Shown in pieces: positions 38,815 through 53,133 of a stretch of DNA of 64,000 nucleotides. How positions within the stretch are numbered: position 1 is the first letter of the stretch; every line of letters begins with the position of its first letter. A model generated the notes under the pieces. The model was not told the DNA's origin. It did not search any database and saw nothing but the letters and a program-made list of their open reading frames with translations. The translations under genes and the position numbers were made by a program. The stretch is from assembly GCF_001194135.2 (NCBI RefSeq), contig NC_068989.1, positions 56,861,133 to 56,925,132 on the forward strand, read 5' to 3'. The stretch is from Octopus bimaculoides. Taxonomy: Eukaryota.

Positions 38815-41150
38815 AAAATTATATACTCGATATATTTTCTTCTTAGGCTCTGCTTTTAGGAACTCAGTGTTCTTCCTTTTTCTTGTACATGTGGTTTCGA
38901 CTTCTTGTAACGGTATTGAAATCTGAAAAGTGTCATATAGCTAATCTATCGGTATTCCTACTCTTGTTGGTTCCTTTTCTATGACTCTTTCCTTAAGCTG
39001 ATTTCTATATCTCCTTTCCATTCCATTTCTGCTTCTTACACCATACATAATTCTTTTTGTGTGTTACAATTTCTCCTTCCCTGTATTGCTTACCATTTCT
39101 GTACATTTTTCATATACCTTATCACCGATTCTAAAAAGATTTGGCATGTCTTTACTAACACGTAGTTTTTTCTTCACTGGTAACGGTTTTATCGAATACA
39201 GACTTCATCTTTCTGGCAAGCATTAATTCTGCTGGTGAACTTCCTTCTGGTGCATTTGGGTTTGGAGTAACTCTGTATACCCTTAAGAATTGTTGGATCG
39301 TGACCTCGACAGTGGCTTCCTTATTAGCTTTCTTTAAAGCTCTCTTAAAAGTGTCCATGAACCATTTAGCTCTTTACATTCGATCTAGGGTGATACAGTG
39401 CTATAGCTTTATGTTCTACCGTGAAAATCTCACAGAATCTTTTAAACTCACAGGATACAAACTGTGTTCCGTTATCAGAGACAATTATATCCAGTACACC
39501 AAATCTTTTGTGTAGCTGTTCATAACTATTAAGTAATAATATCCATTTACCGGGCCTGCAAAATCGATATGCAATTAGGACCATGGTATTTTCACTTCCG
39601 GTCAAGGTTCCCATTTTGTAGTAGGTAGTTTCGCTGCCAGCGCACATCCTCAGCAGCCTTTTACCAGTTTTCAACTACCTTGTCCATGCTTGGCCAGTAT
39701 ATGAAACCTCGCATCAGCGCTTTCACTCTAGAGATGCCTGGGTGTCCCACATGGAACTCTTTTAGCATTCTCTTTTCTAATGTCTGTGGTATGACCACCC
39801 TCTGAGCGTCCATTAGTACACCGTCACATATAGAGTACACACTCACATCTTTGCATCAGACCTTCATTTATTTCCTTTTGTCGACTACAGTTTTCTTCTT
39901 GTCTCATTAATACGTCGGCAATAATGTCCTTGATGTATGAGCTATGGCCCGTCTGCCATCGTTATCCTTGTATAGGAGCACGGCTCCTATCTCATCCTCG
40001 CTAGCATCTATAGCTAGTATTATCTTTAACTTTGGGTCGAAATGCGTAAGACACAAGTCTGAAGTTAACACATCTTTTAACTCGTTAAATGCTTTCTGGC
40101 ATGTCTCTGTCCAAACCCATTAGGCATTTTTTTTTTAGTAATTCATTAAGTGGTGCCTTTACTTTATGTATATTTGGGATATACACTTGGTAATAATTTA
40201 CCAAGCCTAGGAATGCTTGTAGCATTGTCCCGTTCGTCGGGAGTGGCATATTTCGTATTACCGTCGCCCTTGGTGGGTCCGGTCTGCGTCCACTTTCGCC
40301 GATTACTTGACTTAGGTATTTTATTTTTGCCACAAAAAATTCACATTTTTCTTCTGTCAATTTTAGCCCGTATTCACTTATTCTCTCGAATACTTTCTTT
40401 ATGTGTTCAACGTGTTGCACTCGAGACTCGCTACTTATCAAAGTGTCATCGAAGTATGCGATGGCAAAGTCACAATCCCTTAATATCGCATCCATTATTT
40501 GTTGGAATATGGTGGGTGCCACTTTTACTCCAAACGGCAATCGTTTGAACGTGTACAATCCACGGTGCATATTGATTGTTAGTAGATGTGTGCAATCTTC
40601 CTCTAAGTGAATTCGAAGGCACGCCTCTGAGAGGTCTAATTTCGAGAAAATTTTCCCTCCGTTTAGTTTAGCAAATACATTTTCTGGGCTTGGTAGTGGG
40701 TAATTGTGTGTGAGTAAACAGTCGTTTAATCCGATTGAGAAGTCTGCGCACACTCTTAGCTTTTTTTTCTTTACGTAGACCACTGATGCAGCGCAGTGTA
40801 CATGGTCAATCTTTTCAATTCAGGTTTTCCAACCTTTCTAGTCTTTATTGACCTAGTCAACCGCCGCAAACGGCCCGTTCCGTTTGGGCCTGAAAATAGG
40901 TGTTGAATTTTCTTTGATAGCAATCTTTGCTTTTGTTTTTCTGCAACAATCTCAACCTTCGGAAAAAAATTTGGGGAAATTTTCTTTCATTTTTGTCTCA
41001 GTTCATCAACCTCATTCGATCGTTTGGCTGTTCCGTTTATGCTATTGCCCAAAACGCTTATGGGTGTATTCCATAAATTAAATTTCTCCATAAATTCGGT
41101 GCCAAATAAATTCATGGATTTTTTTCAACACATAAACATTCACTTTTTTG
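38815..41150 (-). mobile_element. Decayed Ty3/Gypsy pol: protease end, RT, partial RNase H, integrase
   Basis: LRVCADFS.GLN...YPLP...FSKLDLSEA...RLPFG...AP.IFQ..MD...AYFDD; DAS...IGAVL; HxGHPGISR; IVSDNGTQF; HPRSN; SPAELM. Frameshifts and an RNase H deletion near 39900; 5' end cut by a SINE. Confidence 0.95.
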
Positions 41151-41349
41151 GCGTCGTCCTGTTCACTGTGGCTTAACGATATTTTGTCCATCTTTACGTT
41201 CTGAGTTCAAATTCCGTCAAGGTCGACTTTGCCTTTGATCATGTTGGGGTCGATAAAATAAGTACCAGTTGAATACTGCGGTCAATATAATTGACTTATC
41301 CCTCTTCCTTGAAATTGTTGGCCTTGTGCCAAAATTTGAAACCGATATT

Positions 41350-41760
41350 AATATAGTTCGTCCTTCCTTCTTCACCATTGTGAGTCCTATTCTTTAACAT
41401 TTAAATTCTTTCGATATAATAACATATGTCATTAATTCCATGATTTTTTTATTGGACAGAAAATTGGTTAATAATTGGAATGTGATTATATATTTTATTG
41501 ATATATGAGTGTACATATCTGGCAGCTATGATAATGAAACAAAGTTCGTAATAGACCAGATAATACACACATTGCTAATGTGTTGATAGTTGTAATATGA
41601 CAAAAAACGAAATTCTGACATTTCTGTTTTCTTGTCTGTAGAATATTAAATCTGAAACCACCAGACATTCATTTGTAAGAAGTTTAAATCGCAAAACATG
41701 ATATCCGGTATGGCTTTGTACCCAATTATATGGTTCAGTTACGTAGTTTTATGTTTGATC
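41350..41760 (-). pseudogene. Decayed GPCR-like fragment (TM1-TM2)
   Basis: IIGYKAIPDIMF..., LTNECLVVSDLIFYRQ, KKTEMSEF...NTLAMCVL across frameshifts. Confidence 0.35.
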
Positions 41761-42199
41761 TCAGTGTTTAACACCGTAGATCGACCAAAACTTTCGGAAA
41801 TTTGGCAAGCAGAAACAGTCTGCAAGAGTATAGAAAGGATCGTTCCTATTAAGGGACCGTGGACTGACCACAATGTCACTACCTGGCCATTGGGTGATTT
41901 TTAGCTTATTCACTTCGGTTCAAGTTTCCGGTTTGAGAATAACTTTTTCCTTTCCTTCCAAGTCTCGAAAGTAAAAAAAAAAGTGTTATAGGCATTTTCT
42001 TTTTTCCTTTGACTAAGCTATTACGAAAATGGTCGGTACTTTTATATCGGTACTTTTAGAAAGTTTCAACTGGGTTTCAGTAAGGAACACTGCACTACAA
42101 ATCCTTAATAGGGACATGATAAAAACACTGTGTAACACGACTTTTCTCCTTGAGTAATAACTGTTATTTCCAATTTGCTTACTCATAGAAAGTATGAAA

Positions 42200-42600
42200 A
42201 ATGGCTCAGATTTCCTTCAAACTTTGCTTTTGTTACATTTATTCAATACATCCCTCTCAATCCCTCTCAATACATGACTAAATGCTCTCCCATTACTCCC
42301 GCTCATGATCAGAAATGCACATATTGTCAGCTACTAAAGGTCAAGCAACTGACAAGCAAATCTGTGGTACTGAGCAGAATATTTGCTATAACGATATTTC
42401 TGTTTCAGCTGCACAGCGCTGAATCTGTATGAAATGTGATGGAAAGTAAGTCAGTTTCAAAACATTCACGTCCAAGTTACAAAAGCAAAGTTTGAAGAGA
42501 ATATTAGTAATTTCCTTTGATTTCTAGATAGAAGCAAGTAGGAAATAACACTTACTGACCAAAGACAAATAAATAAATAAAAAATGAAAATTTTGTTGCA
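42200..42600 (-). pseudogene. Possible GPCR-like fragment (TM2)
   Basis: NRNIVIANILLSTTDLLVSCLTF resembles class A TM2 N.FI.NLA.SDLLV. Confidence 0.3.
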
Positions 42601-43753
42601 CAGTGTAATCTGTGAAAAATTACGGAGTTAACATGAAGAACACATAATTGAAGCCCCTCAAAATATAATTTTAAAAAATTAAATGGTGATATCCTTGTTT
42701 AATCAAGATTAAGCTTTATCGCTCAAATATGTAAACAAAAGCATTACTGCAATGTCCAACCTGTATTTTTAGTGTAATATAGGATTCCCTTAACCTATTA
42801 TACGTCCTTCGATTATAAAGACAATAAATTGTGATTTGAGGGAGATTTGGTTACTCATATTAGTAGGAAGAGTAACAACGTAGAGAGACGCTATGAGGAG
42901 AGGAGGAAGGAGATATAATGCATCTAACTTTTGAAGGTTCTCTTAAATTGGTGAGATTGATGTGGATGATGTCTAGTACAAATATAAGTAAGCCAATGTT
43001 TGCATGGAAAGGGAAGACGGGATGGGAAATCTAGAAGGTTGCAGTTCTTAAGTTAATAGATTAGACGATGTGTTCCGTGAGGTATCTGGGATGTAAGGTA
43101 ACTAAAACAAGACAGGTGAGTCTTGGTGGTGAGGGTATGAGACTTACTAGTTTAGAAGTGTTTAACTTTATTATCCCTGATGATATCTCTAGTCCTGTTT
43201 TAGAAAGAGAGTGAGAGAAAGAAAGAATGAAAGATACAGCAAAAATTAACACAAGGAGCGCAGAATGAGTGCACATACTAGGCTTAGTAGCAGACAGTGA
43301 GCAAAGGAACGATTTATACACAAAAGTACAAAAGAGAGAAAGAATCATAGAGATAGAGGAAGAGAAGCACTAAATAACAGAATAGTTATGAGGGGAATTA
43401 TACGAATGACAAATTTGTTTCATTTAAATGCATTTAAATATATTTAAAAGCAACTGGGAAAATTAGTATTCATCCCATCCTTTTCTATAGACACTAAAAA
43501 ATTTGATAAAAGTTAATTTATAGCTATTGTGTTAATTGCCATATTTCCTGATATTACCCAGTGTGGCAATAGTATACTTCTAAAGTTACCCATCATATAA
43601 CGGGTAGCTCTTTTGTACATATAAATGAAACACTTCCATACATGTATACCAAAGACTAAAAATCGTCTTCAGATCCTTTGAAAGGTATAAATTTAAAAAT
43701 GAGATAGGTAAGATGCTGAACTTATAAAAGTTTAAGATAGGGCCGCATTGGAA

Positions 43754-43810
<57 letters not shown>

Positions 43811-44949
43811 ATGTATGGGATATATAATGCATACTAGAAAAAATAAAACAGAAAAAACACGGACCACTCATGAAAAGACCATCCAAGTAATTATCAAAGA
43901 TTCATTCTCCACCTACGTAATATAGCCTCAAGTTAACAGATACACTGTTTCTTTTTTCTATTTTTTCAGTCATTACTGCAACGGCATCTGCTCATCTAAT
44001 CTAGCTTTCTATGTATCTTCTCTGTTCAAGCCTATTTGACATACCACTTTATCCTTCTCTCATCATAATTAGTCTCTTTCACTTTCAAAGTTTTATTCTG
44101 AGCATTTTACTCAAAACCTTATACCCTAGAACTGCAGCTTTCCGCAATCTCTCACATTAGCCATACTTTAAAAATAGATGCTATCGTTATAAAAGATCTT
44201 GGACATCAACCACCACAATCTTATCTGTTTCAGAAAGCTTGGAAATGTGTGATCATTATCTTCACTTTCTGACAAGTTCATAAAACAAATCAAAATACTC
44301 TTATACTGGAGTGTTGTCCATCATATGACAGATAATTTTGCCACCATAGGTAATATTAGATGATACGGCATACATACAATTATTATATTGACACTTTTAT
44401 CAAATTTCTTGGTGCCTATACAGAATGATGAAATTTTCATAATTTTCATAATAAAAACATATTACCATAAATAGATTAAAAATAAAACTCATTTCTCATT
44501 TGTATAATTTCTCTCATAACTACTTTGCCTTTTACTCTCTCTCATCTTCCTCTCTATGTCTATGATACTTTCTCTTCGTGGCTATTTTTTACTGTCTCTC
44601 AACCTCTCGCTATACGATATAAAAGGTGACAAGAGAAATCAACCAATTAATCAACCAACCAAACAACCAAACGACCGACTAAAAATAAAACAACATTTAT
44701 ATCAGCTATTATTCACAACAATTTGTTATCGAAACCTACTCAAGGGCTTCTTTGTTGGGGAACTTTCTTTTCAATACAGTTCGGCCTAATATATTTGTGA
44801 CATTTTAATTGGTTGCAACCAAAAACTGACTGATTTGTCAGTAATTTAATTACATTATTCTAGAATTTTAATTATGAACGACTCCTTAAAGTAATTAGCG
44901 ATTGCCTTTAGTTCCACTTTAAGCACATACATACACATGCACATACATA

Positions 44950-46150
44950 CATGCACATACACATGTATACGTCCAAAGACACACACTTAGACACATTGCC
45001 ATAACTAACCAAAAGACTGGATAATGTTTACTGAGCAGTGATATTAAAATGATTTGGTGATGGTTTCTTTCTCACAAGACCAAATAAAATAGAGATACGC
45101 TTCTTCCTCTTAAGTGGTCTAATTTAGTGAAATTAAATTGACAAGTTAGTGACAATTACCTATGCAGTGAAGTGGTAACGAAGCCAAATGGAATTTTCTA
45201 TTAGCTTACGTCCATTAATAATATGGATAACACGCTTGGTGTATAACCTACTACATAAGAAAAGCAATGCTACATAATTTCATGGTTTCGATACTAAAGT
45301 TTCAGCGATTAAGCCAAGCTACAAACAGACACCATGGGTATGTTGATTCATTAAAATATTACATGCACATAATAATTAATGAGTATTAGCTTTCAATACA
45401 GAGTTCAAATCGTAACAAGAGACATAGATATTGGTTTCAAATTTTGGCACAAGGCCAGCAATTTCGGGGGAAGGGGCTAAGTCGATTACATCGACCCCAA
45501 TGTTCAACTGGTACTTATTTTATCGAACCCGAAAGGATGAAAGCTAAACTCGACAACAGCGGAATTTGAACTCAGAACCTACAGATAGACCACATGTCAC
45601 TGAGCATGTTTCCCGGCGTGCTAAATGTTCTGCCAGCTCGACGCCCTACAAGAGACATGGATGTGATCACAGGCTATGACATATAGAACCATGGGTTTCA
45701 AAAGGCTGATTTAGTATAGCTAACACTACCCGAACACATAGTCGTTAGCAGTGTCCAACGACGAGCTCATAGGATATAGGACATAGCACATTATAATACC
45801 ATCTACTGGGACTTCTTCCGAGGATCATGTTTGTTTCAACTCTCTTCTGACAATGTTATAAGAATGAATAATTAAAGCCGAATCTTCCCCACGAAGGCAA
45901 TGATTTTATAATCATTTCGTTCTGGCATATTCTTTAGTGGGTTTCAACTACAAAGCAGTAAAAGAATACATTAGTAGCTGATCTACCTCGTCAGTTGCAA
46001 CGGATATACAATATGTGAGGTTTCCAAACAAGAATAGTATTATGGGATTGTATGTTGCTAAGTTGGCCAAACTGACAGTAAGCTGAATGTAAAGACGATA
46101 GGTACCTTCCGCTCTGATATATATTAAGAATGACTTATACGGCTCCATGC
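44950..46150 (-). pseudogene. Decayed single-exon GPCR-like gene (TM1-TM6) with a SINE inserted at 45432-45645
   Basis: YNPIILFLFGNLTYCISVA (TM1); CLRGEDSALII (TM2); RVVLAILNQPFE (TM3 end); VIVTNLSI*F..IRPLKRKKR (TM5/ICL3); ITAQ*TLSSLLVSY (TM6). Confidence 0.5.
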
Positions 46151-46391
46151 TGTTCTAGGCATCGATGATGGAAATTTGCAGATATTATATGTGCAAAGAT
46201 TAAACACAGACAAATACGTGAATACATTTACATTTATAGACACATGATCACATGATAAACTGTGTTTAGCGTCTGTAAATGGATGTTCAAGATTTTTCCC
46301 TGTATCTATATCTGTGTGTGGGCATCATTCATTACAGACATATACATATAAACACATACACATGCATGCACAAGAAGACATGTACACACTC

Positions 46392-46435
<44 letters not shown>

Positions 46436-46517
46436 ATATTTACATATATACATACGTATATATAGGAATAAATATGAACATGTATATATAATAGACACAT
46501 AATACTGACATACATAC

Positions 46518-46570
<53 letters not shown>

Positions 46571-46589
46571 TGTGTGTGTACACGTACTT

Positions 46590-47480
46590 CTACGTTGCAG
46601 ACAAGTACTTTCCAAACAAGAGATTAGATTTCCCATCGCACTACAAAGATCAAAGCTTACTGTATTCTAAAACAAGCTGGGAGAGTAGTGACTAGTCCGT
46701 CGACATTAGTATATAACAGCTCTGTTGGTGACTATCAAAAATCACTGTTACACTACATTAGAGAATAATGTGTATTATATGGCTGAAAGTTAGTGAAGCA
46801 GAAAGGCTATAGACTGCCATATTAGATGTCTGATAATACGTTCTCTCGTCCTTTCTGAATTTCGCCATGACCAGATCTGCTTGGTGGTTACAATATACAG
46901 TAGTGATTTCGCAAAATCGATTCAAAGGACAAAATCATGCCAATGCATGAAATCATTATAAACTTGTAGATAACTAAGGTTTCATATCTCGAGTGACGTT
47001 ATCGGGATGTACTGTGTCCAATCATTTAACACAGTTTTACTAGCTCACAACTATGAACATAACATCGGTTATTGCGCTGTATAATTAACGGGTGTTAAAT
47101 GAAGATCCTGCATTGGCCTGGATGAAGCAATAGTTAAACATTGCATTAGTTCAGCTTCAGCCCAAACGGTCTCGGCAGCCTTGATATTAAATTTGAACCC
47201 TGAGTAGTGCTGCAGGATAACCGGCATATACCAGTCTTCTTGTAGAAGTCCCCACCATCAGGTAGAAGCATTAGGATAATTTAGTATATTACAAAAGATC
47301 ACACGCTGCTATTAACCCGACTGCTACTAAAATTTACATAACAACAACGACGGTGTCGTTGACAGCGATTCAGTGACTGTATGCTAAAATATTAAATAGA
47401 TATTTTAGTCGCATCACAGTAGCAAGAAAACAACAATAAAATAAACGATTTTGTGAACAAATTTCTGTTAATATTTCAAT
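46590..47480 (-). pseudogene. Decayed single-exon GPCR-like gene (TM1-H8)
   Basis: IAVNDTVVVVM (TM2); NMAVYSLSASLTFSHIIHIIL (TM6); NTVSFDLCSAMGNLISCL (TM7/H8, compare NS.INF.LY..MG..FR). Confidence 0.45.
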
Positions 47481-48607
47481 GGCCTTTATTATTTTTTTGA
47501 AGGCGGCGAACTGGCAGAGTCGTTAGCACGCCGGGCAAAATGCTTGGCGGCACTTCGTCTGTCATTACGTTCTGAGTTCAAATTTCACCGAAGTCGACTT
47601 AGCCTTTCATTCTTCGAGGTCGATAAAATAAGTACCAGTTGAGCACTGGAGTCGATGTAATCGACTTAACCCGTTTCCCGAACACGCTGGCCTTGTGCCA
47701 AAATCTGAAATCAATGTTTCGATGGTCTTTGAAAATTTCTCTGGTTATTTTTGTTGCTATTGTTATTGAAGTGATTGTAATTGTTTTATCCTATTAATGC
47801 AGTTTACCAGACAAGGTTTGTTCAGGTATAACGTAACAGGAACGAGTCTCAGTCTGTATTCCAAATTACGATCTTAATCCTGGCTTACAGGTTCAAGGGT
47901 TTGCTAACAAGTGTTAAAGATAAATAGCTGACCAGTATAGGGATGGTTATAAGTGACAAGTGGTTTAAAGTAATCAATAGATTAATTTCTGTAATAAAAA
48001 CAATTAGTAAAAAACACATCATTGAAATTTTTAACTTCTATGCAGCTTATTTCTCACCTTGTTGAACAATTGTAACATCTCATTTATATTGTACAAAATA
48101 TCAACAACTCCTGACCAAGTTTCCATGGATGAAATTATGTAATATGAATGAGACTCACTACCATTGAATTATCATAACTCTAGATACGAACGAACCAAGT
48201 TACATAATGAAAAACAATATAAATTTTTATATCCTTGTATGTTACTAAATTTGGTAGCGAGGTGCGGTTTACGCCTTTAGTGATTCTAAGAAGATATATA
48301 GTATCGAAGTGACGTAATTTTCATTAATCTGAAATTGCATTTTCGGTAGTTTATTGTATGCTGAGAGCTATATTAAGCAGTTCTTGATTTTTATTCATCA
48401 CTAAAAAAAGCTAATAAGGTTCTATGAGTTCAGCTGTTGTGAAATTTACTGTATCTAATGTTCCAGGTCCTTACTTTTCGTTTCAAGCCAAAGAAAAGGG
48501 AGATTGTGATGTTGTCCTCAATAGCTGGGTCAAGTTATTTATGTGTGAGGGGCTGTACAAGTTTATTGTTCGTGTAGTAAGCTATGAAATTCTCACATTC
48601 TCCCGAT

Positions 48608-48775
48608 TTACTGTAATTCAGACCGTTTCATGGCCCAAGAAGACAAAATAGAAAAGGCGTTGCCCCGGAGGATGGCGAGGGAGATGCGCTGGAACAGCCG
48701 CTCTGACCCACTTGCGGCTGGGTTAACACTGGTTTTCAGGGAAGAGATTTGGCCAAATAAATCCAGTTTCTTTGT
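48608..48775 (-). mobile_element. 3' end of a CRE-clade (RLE) non-LTR retrotransposon ORF
   Basis: LFGQISSLKTSVNPAASGSERLFQRISLAILRGNAFSILSS...* matches the CRE C-terminal FQR.S.A..RGNA motif. Confidence 0.75.
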
Positions 48776-49880
48776 ATGTAATTAATTACTAATTTAATTT
48801 GCATTTCTCTTTCATCATTTAGACAAGTGCCAGAAAACAAATTATATTCTAATGATGTGAGATTGTTGTAAATCCTTTTCTAGTCTTGGCTGAAGGTGAT
48901 CCATCAATGTTGCTTGAAGTGAAAGGGGAGGTCTATAAGAAATAGCATCCTAATATCTTAAAATAACACCACTTAGTCTGAAAAAAGAAAGGATACATTG
49001 GATGTATTGTAGTCCAAGATACACAAAATAATAGGATGGCCACATCTGGAATGCCTTTGATTATAAGCCTGCTCAGTTAGAGTTGATAAGTGGGGGGAGG
49101 GCCTGAATAACACTAACTACTACTACTACAGTAACAATAATCTCCATTAATGCATTTCAGCAATTACGATTTCGCTTTCTATGAGTTTGTGACGTCATAC
49201 TCGAGGACCTTTCTTTCTTTCTTTCTTTCTTTCTTCTTTCCTTTATTTCCTTCTTTCTCCTTCATCATTTTTACACACTGCCTCTTTGTCTTCGTTTTTA
49301 CCTTTATCCTTCCCTTTTTACTCTCTCTCCTTCATACACACACAGATTCACACACACACACGCTCGTGCCCACGCAGCATACATCTCTCTCATTTCTATT
49401 TTATATTTGTCAATCCTTTCGTATTAATCTCAATTGTTGATCGCAGTTAATATCAAATAATATAAGTTTATCTCCTTCAATATTTAAGCTATTTAACATT
49501 ATGTATCTCTGCTGCTTAGTCCCGCCTTTTATATTCCAAGTTCGAATCTAGTTTGGGGTTCATATTTACTTCCATCATTTTCTTTCTTCTCCCACTTAAG
49601 GCTGATAACCTTAAACCTCCACACTAGCGGTAACAATAAAACATTCATACTTATTTCTTCCGTATTTTGATTTCTAGCTTCACCAGTACTCTTTGTCTGG
49701 CTAATGTTGATAAAATGTGTGTAAATTTTGTATTGGAACCGATTTAATTCACTATATATCCTGCTTCCTTCAGGCTGCAATAAGGTGTAACTAAGATGAT
49801 ACAATGTCACCTTTACTGTCTATATCATACCTACAAGACGTCGTTATACAAAAGATAAACTGTGAAATCGGAAATATCGA

Positions 49881-50240
49881 AAAGAAGAGCACTCAGAGAG
49901 TGCAAACCTCCACCAAGGCATCACCAACGTCCTCTCAACAATTAGCCAGAGATGATTTTTAGAATGGGAATATCTGAAATAAACTCAACTGCTCTCACAA
50001 ACGAGAATATTAAAAACGAACCCGAACGCTCTCATAAATTAAGTAAATAAAAAAAAAACAGAAAAAAATAATCCAGAAATGATCCCAAAATCTAATCAGT
50101 TTGTGCCAGTCACAAGGCCAAACATCCCTGAAAGTTTCATCCGAACCCATCTAGCAATTCTTGAGATATCTTGTCCACGGACAAACAAACAAACACGATT
50201 GAAAACAATACTCCCGCCTTCGTTAAGGCATAGGTAATAA
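49881..50240 (+). mobile_element. Helentron-associated / DINE-1-like non-autonomous element
   Basis: 5' gagcactcagagagtgcaaacctccaccaaggc; internal (AAAC)n near the 3' end; terminal hairpin GCCTT-cgtt-AAGGC at 50216-50229. Confidence 0.5.
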
Positions 50241-51349
50241 AGTGAGAACACCCTTATAACCTCATTTTCGTCAATGACATAATAGTGATTATTGAAACGA
50301 TCTCAGAATTACTGGGAGATGCTGCAGGAAATGCTATTGGATCTGATAGAAGAAAGAAGCCTTTGGCATAATCCCTTTTATGAAGTGACAGAAGCACATG
50401 GCCTCAAACGCCTGCAGGACATTTGATGGATCAAACAAGTGACTAAGTCGTATCCATGAAACTACAAGCGGTCAAAAGGTATTCCGAAACGAAAGTAGCG
50501 GGATAACTCTGATCGGGTTTTTTGTTCAAACTAGAACGATTGTTAGGCAGAGTAGACAGAGTTTACAGAGCAATATGTACCTTCATGATAAGGAAGACAA
50601 CGTGCCTCTCCCTTCCTATATTCCTCGAGCCAATGATATATCAGAAATACTAAACATATCGTAGTATTAATTTAGCCCCTTTACATTCTATGTTCACCCA
50701 TTCGTATTCAATAAATCAAACCAGACAGCCACTGCAGTCGTTTCAGTATACTCCATTCAATAAATTTATTATCTTATAGTAACACAAGAAATCATTATTT
50801 TTCTCCTTTTCTATTGAAGATATTTCTAAGACATACGCTGTAGATTTATTTCTTACTTGACAGACGTAGACGCAGAATTAAGAAGTTCGCTGCACCGCCA
50901 TGTTAGTTTAGGTTTGATCCTATTGTGTGGCATTTTTGACAAGTGTCATGTACTCTAGCTTCAGATTGGTCAATGTCTTGTGAAGAAAATTTGGTTGCAG
51001 AAACTGTACGGAAGTTTGTATGTATGTATGAATGTATGCAAATATGTGTGTACGTATGTATGTACGTGCGTACGTACTTACATATGTATGTATGCATGTA
51101 TGTATGTATGTATGCATGCATGCAAATATGTGTGTATGTATGTATGCATGTATATACGTATGTATGCGTGTATGTATGTATGGATGGATGTGTGAATGGA
51201 TGTATGTATGTGTTTTAATTTGAGTATATCGATATGAAGTGTTGCGTCGAGTTTCATGCCTATAATTTAGAACCATTCTATAACAGAAACCTTGAAGGCA
51301 ATATCTCAGAGTTATTCGGTTACCATATGATGAATCGCGTTTGCAAGTC

Positions 51350-51620
51350 TTGTGCAAGTTTATTTTGTTGTAATTACAAGTGAACTCGTATGGAATTGGC
51401 GAATAGTTGCTAGAACTTAGCAGCGATTATTTATCATAACAGAACTTTGTGCATTACTCTAGCGTACTACAAAGAGAAAATATGTCTTATCTTTTCTGTG
51501 ATATGAAATCTGAGATACAATATCAGTTCAATGGACGCTTGTTGTTCATGAGAGGATTAATTTTACTGAAAAGTATACTTGAAAGTGATAAGTGATACTC
51601 CGCTCACTAACAAACAAACA
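51350..51620 (-). pseudogene. Decayed GPCR-like fragment (TM6-H8)
   Basis: SERSITYHFQVYFSVKLILS (TM6); LL**IIAAKF*QLF (TM7/H8). Confidence 0.35.
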
Positions 51621-53055
51621 AACAAACAAAAATGCTTCTCATTAATACATTACAATATTTATTATTGCCACTATAGTTCTAAATTTAAAATCCCGCAATC
51701 AACATTGTCAAAGCGAGTTCGTAGAAATCTGGGGGCTTGCTTCAGTAAAAATTAGACGATAAAAAGGCGCTCGAATTCCGCCAAGGTCAACTTTGCCTTT
51801 CATCATTTCTGGGACGATAGAATAAGTACCAGTTGAGTATTGGGTCCATGGAATCGACTTACCCCTCCCCCGAAATTGTTGGCCTTGTATATATATTTGA
51901 AATCAAAATATCAATTTGTACTTAATTAAATAGAAGTCTCTATCAACGGCATATCTGACAATCATGACTTCTCAAGTTCATCAATATGGTAGAGGAAGTG
52001 AGGGAGAGATAAAATTTCAGCAACAGATGTAAGTAAATGGACCTCCTTTGGTTTCGACGATGAGAATAGATTTCCTCCTTCAGCAGAATTACTTGCTCGA
52101 TGAATTAGTAAGTAAGTGGCTAAGTATACGTGAACCTTCAACGTAATTTTCTAGCAAAGTGATTGTGATACACTATGTGACATGGCTAAATATTTTAGAT
52201 TATAGGCACAATCCATCCAACGGGCATCCTTACAGTTTCTGTCAACCCAATATTGTTCATAAGGCTTAGTTTGACCCGACGATAGCAAAAGTCACATCCT
52301 CAAGAGGCTAACAAATGGGATCGAAATCGAGATCTGGTGGTTGAGAAGCAAACTCCGTGATCATTCAATCATGCTACATTACAGCAACATATGTAATCAT
52401 TACATTAATGTATATGATATGCGTTATACACACACGCATAAGCACACACACACACACACACACGTGTGTGTGTGTGTTTGTGTATTAATAAATATATTCA
52501 TATGCATACGTATGCATTACGTATGTATGCATTAATATAATATAATCATTATATTAACTCTAGGTGATATATTTTTATTGTTCTACAGACGCACTCACGA
52601 CTACTACTTCTATATCACAAAATACCTAATTTCTAATCATGATTTATGGGAGAAATTTCAATTTAATTTCAATATATTTTCATCAAATAATAACATTTAA
52701 AAATCGTTATAAATTCAGTGAAGTAAATCAAATGTTGCAACAAATTGTATGTAGAAGTAAGAATGTCAAGGAGGGAGAGAGAGAGAGAGGGAGGGAGAGA
52801 GAGACCCATATTTAATTATGAAGTCTAGCAAATTGGAATAAAACAATTTATAGTAAGTAGATATAGTCATCAATAAAAATACACATGCAACTATATGTAC
52901 ACGTATAAGTATACATATATATATTGTACGCCAGAGGTATGCATAATCTGTAGCATTAATACACTTAATGTATGGTGTTCAGGCTAAAGTCAGGGTAATT
53001 TACATTATCAATTTAAGATTTTGAAATTTTAATAATGAATAATACATTCTCACAT

Positions 53056-53113
<58 letters not shown>

Positions 53114-53133
53114 GTATGTATGTATGTATGTAT

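Noticed and set aside
42409-42445. 37 bp segment with strong splice sites and in-frame TGA (AQR*ICMKC), possible selenoprotein exon
   Set aside because: All three frames contain stops, it matches no known selenoprotein motif, and no SECIS was seen.
50290-50560. Mariner-like peptide YWEMLQEMLLDLIEERSLW
   Set aside because: Too short and degenerate; no DD34D motifs or TIRs found.
41765-52107. Phase-compatible chain of candidate + strand exons (41765-41893, 48467-48544, 48622-48773, 52084-52107)
   Set aside because: 48622-48773 is the antisense of a CRE retrotransposon C-terminus, 41765-41893 abuts a minus-strand GPCR-like relic, and the joined peptide resembles no family I know.
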